32,000 bases of DNA from Longivirga aurantiaca (GTDB taxonomy: Bacteria; Actinomycetota; Actinomycetes; S36-B12; CAIYMF01). The stretch covers positions 1,449,876 to 1,481,875 of the forward strand of contig NZ_JBHSTI010000008.1 in the NCBI RefSeq assembly GCF_042660085.1, written 5' to 3'. Made by a program: the position numbers and the translations under genes. Below the pieces are notes generated by a model, which was not told the origin of the DNA, made no database searches, and worked only from the letters and a program-made list of their open reading frames with translations. Position 1 is the first letter of the stretch. Every line of letters begins with the position of its first letter. This document shows, piece by piece, positions 26,241 through 32,000 of this stretch.

Positions 26241-28928
26241 ATGACTGCGTCGTCGGGTCGGCCCCGCCTCCTGCTCCTCGACGGCCACTCCCTGGCCTAC
26301 CGCGCGTTCTACGCGCTGCCGGTGGAGAACTTCTCGACCACGACCGGCCAGGCCACCAACGCGGTCTACGGCTTCACCTCGATGCTCATCAACGCGCTGC
26401 GCGACGAGCAGCCCACGCACCTCGCCGTCGCCTTCGACGTGTCCCGCCAGACCTTCCGCTCGGTGGAGTACCCCGAGTACAAGGCGACCCGCTCGGCCAG
26501 CCCGGACGAGTTCAAGGGTCAGGTGCCGCTCATCCGCGAGGTCCTCACGGCTCTCAACGTGCCGTACGTCGAGGTTGAGGGCTTCGAGGCCGACGACCTC
26601 ATCGCGACGCTCACCACCCAGGCCGAGGCTGCCGGCTTCGACGTCCTCATCATCACGGGCGACCGCGACGCGTACCAGCTCGTCGACGAGCACGTCACCG
26701 TGCTCTACCCGAAGAAGGGCGTTAGCGACCTCGCGCGCATGACCCCCGAAGCGGTGCAGGACAAGTACGGCCTCAGCCCCGCTCAGTACCCCGACTACGC
26801 CGCGCTGCGGGGAGACCCGAGCGACAACCTCCCCTCGATCCCAGGCGTGGGGGAGAAGACCGCGGCGAAGTGGGTGCGCGAGTTCGGGTCGCTCGCCGAG
26901 CTCGTCGAGAGGGTTGACGAGGTGAAGGGCAAGGCGGGCGACTCCCTGCGTGCGGGCCTGTCCGACGTCGTCCGCAACCGCAGGCTGACCGAGCTGGTGC
27001 GCGATGTGCCGTTGCCGCTCGCACCGGCCGACCTGGAGCGCCGCAGCTTCGACCGCGACACCGTGCACGAGGTGTTCGACGCCCTGCAGTTCCGTGTCCT
27101 GCGCGAGCGGCTCTTCGCGCTGCACGGCGACGACGCCGCCCCCGCCGGCGCCGCCGAGGACGTCGAGGTGGCGGCCCCCGCCGCCGGCGGTCTCGGCACC
27201 TGGCTCGCCGAGCACGCGGCCGCAGGCGTCCGGGTCGGGCTCGTGCTCGACGGCACCTGGGGACGGGGCACGGGCGACGTCGAGTCGTTCGCGATCGCGT
27301 CACCCGACGGAGCCGTGGCCTGGTGGCCGGTGTCGGGGCTGCTGCCCGACGACGAGTCCGCACTGTCCGCGTGGCTCGCCGACCCCGCGCGCCCCAAGGC
27401 GATGCACGACGCCAAGGGGCCCGTGCTCGCGCTGCGCGCCCGCGGCCTCCCGCTGTCGGGGCTCACCTGCGACACCGCGCTGGCGGCTTACCTCGTGCTG
27501 CCGGGGCAGCGCAGCTTCGACCTGAGCGACCTCGTGCCGCGGTTCCTGAAGCGCGACCTCGCCGGGGCCGCGGCAGCAGGGTCCGACCAGCTGTCGTTCG
27601 ACACTGATCCCGACGAGGCCCGCGCCGCGTCGATGGGGATGCAGGCCAAGGCCGTCCTCGACCTCGCGGGAGCGCTCGAGGACGAGCTCGAGGTACGGGG
27701 CGGCACGGCGCTGATGACCGACGTCGAGCTGCCGCTGCTGTCGGTGCTCGCCGACCTCGAGCAGGCGGGCATCGCGGTCGACCTCGACCACCTGCACGGT
27801 CTCGAGGACGAGTTCGCCGAGTCGATGCGGGGCGCCGAGGCCTCGGCGCACGAGCTCGCCGGCCGCCCCTTCAACCTCGGATCGCCCAAGCAGCTGCAGG
27901 AGATCCTGTTCGGCGAGCGCGGGCTCCCGACCACCAAGAAGATCAAGACCGGGTACACGACCGACGCCGACGCCCTGCAGTCGCTGTTCGCGCAGACGGG
28001 CGACCCGCTCCTCGAGCAGCTGCTGCGCTGGCGCGACGTCTCCAAGCTGCGCCAGACCGTCACGGGACTGCTGTCGTCGGTCTCGGACGACACCCGCATC
28101 CACACCACCTTCAACCAGATCGTGGCTGCCACCGGCCGGCTCTCGTCGCAGGACCCCAACCTGCAGAACATCCCGATCCGCACCGACGAGGGTCGCCGCA
28201 TCCGCAGCGGCTTCGTCGTCGGGCCCGGGTACGAGTGCCTGCTCACCGCCGACTACAGCCAGATCGAGATGCGGCTCATGGCCCATCTGTCGGAGGACGC
28301 CGGCCTCATCGAGGCGTTCAACTCCGGCGAGGACCTGCACAACTACGTCGCGTCGCGCGTGTTCGGCGTCGCGCCGTCCGAGGTGGACGCCTCCCAGCGC
28401 AGCAAGATCAAGGCCATGTCCTACGGCCTCGCGTACGGGCTGTCGCCGTTCGGTCTCTCGCAGCAGCTCGGCATCACCCCGGGCGAGGCGAGCGGCCTCA
28501 TGGACGAGTACTTCGAGCGCTTCGGCGGGGTGCGCGACTACCTCCGCGAGGTGGTCGACCGCGCGCGGGGCACGGGCTACACCGAGACGATGCTCGGCCG
28601 GCGCCGCTACCTGCCGGACCTCACCTCCGACGTCCGGCAGCGGCGCGAGATGGCCGAGCGGATGGCGCTCAACGCGCCGATCCAGGGTTCGGCCGCCGAC
28701 ATCGTCAAGGTCGCGATGCTGCGCGTCGACTCCGCGATCCGGGCGCGGGGCCTCGCGTCGCGCATGCTGCTGCAGGTGCACGACGAGCTCGTGCTCGAGG
28801 TCGCGCCGGGCGAGCTCGACGCCGTGCGCGAGGTGGTCACCGAGGGCATGGGCGGTGCCGTGCCGCTGACGGTGCCGCTCGACGTCTCGGTCGGCGTGGG
28901 ACGCACCTGGGAGGACGCGGGCCACTGA
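26241..28928 (+). CDS. polA: DNA polymerase I
   Basis: 5' nuclease domain LLLLDGHSLAYRAFYALP; polymerase motifs TADYSQIEMRLMAHLSED, RSKIKAMSYGLAYG, LLQVHDELVLE. Confidence 0.98.
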   Translation: MTASSGRPRLLLLDGHSLAYRAFYALPVENFSTTTGQATNAVYGFTSMLINALRDEQPTHLAVAFDVSRQTFRSVEYPEYKATRSASPDEFKGQVPLIREVLTALNVPYVEVEGFEADDLIATLTTQAEAAGFDVLIITGDRDAYQLVDEHVTVLYPKKGVSDLARMTPEAVQDKYGLSPAQYPDYAALRGDPSDNLPSIPGVGEKTAAKWVREFGSLAELVERVDEVKGKAGDSLRAGLSDVVRNRRLTELVRDVPLPLAPADLERRSFDRDTVHEVFDALQFRVLRERLFALHGDDAAPAGAAEDVEVAAPAAGGLGTWLAEHAAAGVRVGLVLDGTWGRGTGDVESFAIASPDGAVAWWPVSGLLPDDESALSAWLADPARPKAMHDAKGPVLALRARGLPLSGLTCDTALAAYLVLPGQRSFDLSDLVPRFLKRDLAGAAAAGSDQLSFDTDPDEARAASMGMQAKAVLDLAGALEDELEVRGGTALMTDVELPLLSVLADLEQAGIAVDLDHLHGLEDEFAESMRGAEASAHELAGRPFNLGSPKQLQEILFGERGLPTTKKIKTGYTTDADALQSLFAQTGDPLLEQLLRWRDVSKLRQTVTGLLSSVSDDTRIHTTFNQIVAATGRLSSQDPNLQNIPIRTDEGRRIRSGFVVGPGYECLLTADYSQIEMRLMAHLSEDAGLIEAFNSGEDLHNYVASRVFGVAPSEVDASQRSKIKAMSYGLAYGLSPFGLSQQLGITPGEASGLMDEYFERFGGVRDYLREVVDRARGTGYTETMLGRRRYLPDLTSDVRQRREMAERMALNAPIQGSAADIVKVAMLRVDSAIRARGLASRMLLQVHDELVLEVAPGELDAVREVVTEGMGGAVPLTVPLDVSVGVGRTWEDAGH

Positions 28929-28968
28929 CGGCGGGCAGGTGCGCGGAGCCCGTGCCAGGATCGAGCGC

Positions 28969-30429
28969 ATGTCGCCGCTCCGCCGTGCCGTCCCCCTGGT
29001 CGCCCTCGTCGCGACAGCCCTGGTGCTGAGCGCCTGCGGCGGATCCGCCGAGGTGGACCGCGCGCGGCAGGTGACGCCCGACGTCCCGTTCACCGGATGC
29101 GACGTCGCGGCCTGCAGCGACACGATCGACGGTGCTCCCTACCAGATCCTGCTCCCGGAGACCTGGAACGGGACCCTGCTCATCTACAGCCACGGCTATC
29201 GCCAGGCGCAGCCGGCCCCGCCCGCCTTCACGCCCGTCTCGACCAAGCCCGAGCCGGCACCCGGGTGGTCGGGCGGCGACACCGCGATCGCCGATGCGCT
29301 CCTGGAGCAGGGCTACGCGCTCGCCGGCTCGGCGTACGCCAGCAACGGCTGGGCCGTGGCCGACGGCGTCAAGGCCGCCGAGGACCTGTACGCCTACTTC
29401 AAGGACACCATCGGCAACCCATACCGCACGATCGTGTGGGGCGACTCGCTCGGCGGGCTCATCACCCAGACGATCGCCGAGAAGCACCCGGACTGGGTGG
29501 ACGGCGTCGCACCGTTCTGCGGCGCGGTGGCCGGCGTGGTGCCCAACATCGGGCTCGCCCTCGACGTGTCCTACGCCGTGAAGACGCTGCTGTACCCCGA
29601 GATGAAGCTGACGGGCTTCGCGTCCTACGAGGAGGCGGTCACGACCTGGACCGAGGCGGTCAAGCGGCTCGTCGCCGCCGCGCAGGACACCGCCGGGGGC
29701 GGCACTGCCAAGGTCCTCTACATCGCGGCCCTCGTCGACTGGCCCACGCAGACCCAGCGCTTCGACGGCGCGGCGATCGAGAGCAAGGTGAAGGCGTCGG
29801 TGGAGGCGCTCGCCACCGGGCTCGGCTTCGCCACCTTCGCCCGCTACGACCTCGAGCAGCGGTTCGGCGGCAACCCGTCGGGCAACGTCGGCACCGACTA
29901 CGCAGCGCGGGTCAGCGCCGAGGAGGCGTCGCTCATCGACACCATCACGCCGGGATCGGTGGCCTCGCTGGGCGCAGCGCTCGCAGCGGGCGAGCGGGTG
30001 CCGGCCGACGAGGCGGCCGTCGCCAAGGCCCTGGCCGAGGGCGGCGACCCGCAGGGCACCGTGCAGGACCCGACCATCACGATCCACACCGCGACCGACC
30101 CCCTCGTGCTCTCGCAGAACCAGACGTTCCTCCTCGACCGCTACCGGGCGGCGCAGAAGGCGGGGAAGACCAAGGCGGAGCTCGTGCAGCTCTTCACGGT
30201 GGCTCCGGCGACCTACCCGGAGGACCCGGGTGCGCCGTACGGTGCGGGCCACTGCAACTTCACGCCCGAGTCGCGGCTCGCCGTGATCGACCTGCTGGTG
30301 CGGTGGGTCCAGGACGGCGTCTACCCCGGCAGGACCGCGATCGCCGACGCGATGGGTACGTCGTCCGGCTACGCGCCTCTCTGGACCCCCGGCCCCTGGC
30401 CGGACCCCGAGGCCCTGACGGCGGGCTGA
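28969..30429 (+). CDS. Secreted lipoprotein, alpha/beta-hydrolase-like
   Basis: Lipobox ALVLSACGG; LLIYSHGYR and nucleophile elbow GDSLGG; C-terminal YGAGHCNFTP. Confidence 0.82.
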   Translation: MSPLRRAVPLVALVATALVLSACGGSAEVDRARQVTPDVPFTGCDVAACSDTIDGAPYQILLPETWNGTLLIYSHGYRQAQPAPPAFTPVSTKPEPAPGWSGGDTAIADALLEQGYALAGSAYASNGWAVADGVKAAEDLYAYFKDTIGNPYRTIVWGDSLGGLITQTIAEKHPDWVDGVAPFCGAVAGVVPNIGLALDVSYAVKTLLYPEMKLTGFASYEEAVTTWTEAVKRLVAAAQDTAGGGTAKVLYIAALVDWPTQTQRFDGAAIESKVKASVEALATGLGFATFARYDLEQRFGGNPSGNVGTDYAARVSAEEASLIDTITPGSVASLGAALAAGERVPADEAAVAKALAEGGDPQGTVQDPTITIHTATDPLVLSQNQTFLLDRYRAAQKAGKTKAELVQLFTVAPATYPEDPGAPYGAGHCNFTPESRLAVIDLLVRWVQDGVYPGRTAIADAMGTSSGYAPLWTPGPWPDPEALTAG

Positions 30430-30438
30430 GACGGACCG

Positions 30439-30849
30439 TCAGGCCGAGGTGCGTGAGCGACGGGGGCGGGTCGCGACCTGCGCGACGCAGGCAGGCACGG
30501 TCTCCAAGGCGCTGTGGTCGCGTGAGCGGTACTGCGAAGGCGTCTCTCCGACGATCTCGGTGAACCTGGCGCTGAAGGATCCCAGCGAGGTGCAGCCGAC
30601 GGCCATGCAGGTGTCGGTGACCGACATCCCCTGCCGCAGAAGGGATGCAGCGCGCTCGATACGTCGCGTCATGAGGTACGAGTACGGCGTCTCGCCGTAG
30701 GCCGCCCGGAACCTGCGGGAGAAGTGGGCCGGCGACATCAGTGCGGCGCGCGCCATGGTCGGCACGTCCAGGGGCCTCGCGTACTCGCGGTCCATGAGGT
30801 CGCGCGCCCGCCGCAGGTGCGCGAGGTCGGCGAGCTCCTCCGGCGTCAT
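30439..30849 (-). CDS. AraC family transcriptional regulator (DNA-binding domain only)
   Basis: ARPLDVPTMARAALMSPAHFSRRFRAAYGETPYSYLMTRRIERAASLLRQGMSVTDTCMAVGCTSLGSFSARFTEIVGETPSQYR. Confidence 0.92.
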   Translation of the reverse strand: MTPEELADLAHLRRARDLMDREYARPLDVPTMARAALMSPAHFSRRFRAAYGETPYSYLMTRRIERAASLLRQGMSVTDTCMAVGCTSLGSFSARFTEIVGETPSQYRSRDHSALETVPACVAQVATRPRRSRTSA

Positions 30850-30865
30850 GGGACGACGGTACGCG

Positions 30866-32000
30866 TCAGCGACGGCGGCTGTGGAGCACCGCCCCCGACA
30901 CCGTGAGCAGCGCCGCAGCGGCGACGACGCACCAGGCGACGGCGACGGGCGACCCGTGTCCCACCGTGAGCACGAGCACGACGAGGACGACCACCGACCC
31001 CCAGACGAGCCCGGCCGCGGCGGGGTCGTCGGCGGCGAGCCGGTCGTAGAGCACCAGCGACGCCGCGGAGAGTGCGACGCCGGCGAGAACGAAGACGCCG
31101 GCGGACGCGGCGGCCACGTCGTACTCGGGCCCGAGCACGAGCGGCACGAGCCGCGGGCCGAGCAGCACGGCCCCGAGGATCTCGACAGCGCCGAGCACGC
31201 CGAGCAGCAGGGCGGCCCGGGCGAGGGCGCCCCGTTCGCCGCGGGCCAGCCGGGGGAACGCCGCGATCACGACCGCCTGCGGCAGCCAGAAGGCGATCTT
31301 GGCCAGGATGGCGCCGGCGGCGTACTGGCCCGCGTCGCCGGGGTCGAGGATCGCGCGCGCCAGGAGGACGTCCGCGGAGGTCAGCACGAACATCGCGAGC
31401 AGCGCGAAGGTGGCGCGTCCGGTCTCCCACGCCAGGTCGCGCGGCACCCGACCCGGCCAGGGGAGGCGGATGCGGGCCAGCGGCGCCGCCACGAGCCAGC
31501 CGAGCACGGAGCCGACGAGGACGGCGAGCACCGTCGCGGTGACGCTCCGCGTGACGAGGAGGGTGCCGAGCGCGAGACCGCTGCGCAGGACAGCGATGAC
31601 GGCGTACTGGCCGGAGAGGGCGAGGAAGCGGTCGTTGCCCTGGGTGGTCCCGAGGGCGAGACCGGTCAGCGTGAGCGGGAGGAACGCCACGGCCAGCGCC
31701 GCGAGCGGGAGCAGGTCGAGGTCGAGCACCGCCGCCGCGAACGGCACGAGCAGGAGCGCGAGTGCCGCCTCGGCAGCGCCCGCGGACAGCGCGACGTGCC
31801 CGTGCGCGTCGCTGGGTCCGCCGCGGGCGATGCGGCGTGCGACGACGGCCTGGACGGCGAGTGCCACCACGTTGCCGATGAGCAGCACGCCGAGCAGGGC
31901 GCCGAGCTCGCCGAACGACGAGGGTCCGAGCACCCTTGCGCCGACGACGTTGAGCGCGTACCCGAGGACCTGGCCGACGGCGAGCCCGAGGACCAGCAGA
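30866..32000 (-). CDS. Polysaccharide biosynthesis / flippase-like multi-TM protein, 5' end outside window
   Basis: Frame stays open to base 32000 (LLVLGLAVGQVLGYALNVVGARVLGPSSFGELGALLGV...); about 12 hydrophobic segments. Confidence 0.75.
   Translation of the reverse strand, partial: LLVLGLAVGQVLGYALNVVGARVLGPSSFGELGALLGVLLIGNVVALAVQAVVARRIARGGPSDAHGHVALSAGAAEAALALLLVPFAAAVLDLDLLPLAALAVAFLPLTLTGLALGTTQGNDRFLALSGQYAVIAVLRSGLALGTLLVTRSVTATVLAVLVGSVLGWLVAAPLARIRLPWPGRVPRDLAWETGRATFALLAMFVLTSADVLLARAILDPGDAGQYAAGAILAKIAFWLPQAVVIAAFPRLARGERGALARAALLLGVLGAVEILGAVLLGPRLVPLVLGPEYDVAAASAGVFVLAGVALSAASLVLYDRLAADDPAAAGLVWGSVVVLVVLVLTVGHGSPVAVAWCVVAAAALLTVSGAVLHSRRR

Noticed and set aside
26241-28928. 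Possible intein or disrupted 3'-5' exonuclease domain in PolA as a novelty
   Set aside because: No intein splice motifs. Degeneration of the proofreading domain is common in PolA, so it was not treated as a finding.
1-32000. Defence system, CRISPR array, prophage or biosynthetic gene cluster
   Set aside because: No direct-repeat array, cas, restriction-modification, retron, phage structural or PKS/NRPS motifs were seen in the supplied translations.

Overview
High-GC actinobacterial chromosomal window. It is mostly core genome with a type IV pilus (T4P) locus at the left end. Order on +: pilC (5' truncated), three tandem type IV pilin genes, three minor-pilin/PilX-like genes, pilD, pilM, pilN, pilO and a pilus-linked hypothetical protein; then aroC-aroK-aroB-aroQ, an M24 (PepP-like) aminopeptidase, efp, nusB and an MFS/GPH transporter. 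A minus-strand tRNA with anticodon CAA follows, then an ANTAR response regulator (PdtaR-like) and a Liv substrate-binding lipoprotein convergent with livHMGF. The right end carries a DUF554 protein, a GNAT acetyltransferase, a hotdog thioesterase, polA, a lipoprotein alpha/beta hydrolase, an AraC regulator and a 5'-truncated flippase-like membrane protein. Most notable observations: (1) a strong c-di-GMP-I (GEMM) riboswitch candidate in the leader of the second pilin; (2) a shared CTCAAG-N14/15-G(C/T)CGA(T/A) motif, resembling sigma-28 (FliA/WhiG) promoters, in front of pilin 2, the minor-pilin operon and pilM; (3) a duplicated 'perfect hairpin + GCACGTCCG' element after pilins 1 and 3; (4) a minor pilin with a canonical EF-hand loop and a large distal domain; (5) a LivH permease with a secreted CNA-B/carboxypeptidase-regulatory-like N-terminal domain; (6) a CAA-anticodon tRNA with a short variable loop. 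No CRISPR array, integrase, transposase or toxin/defence island was recognised.
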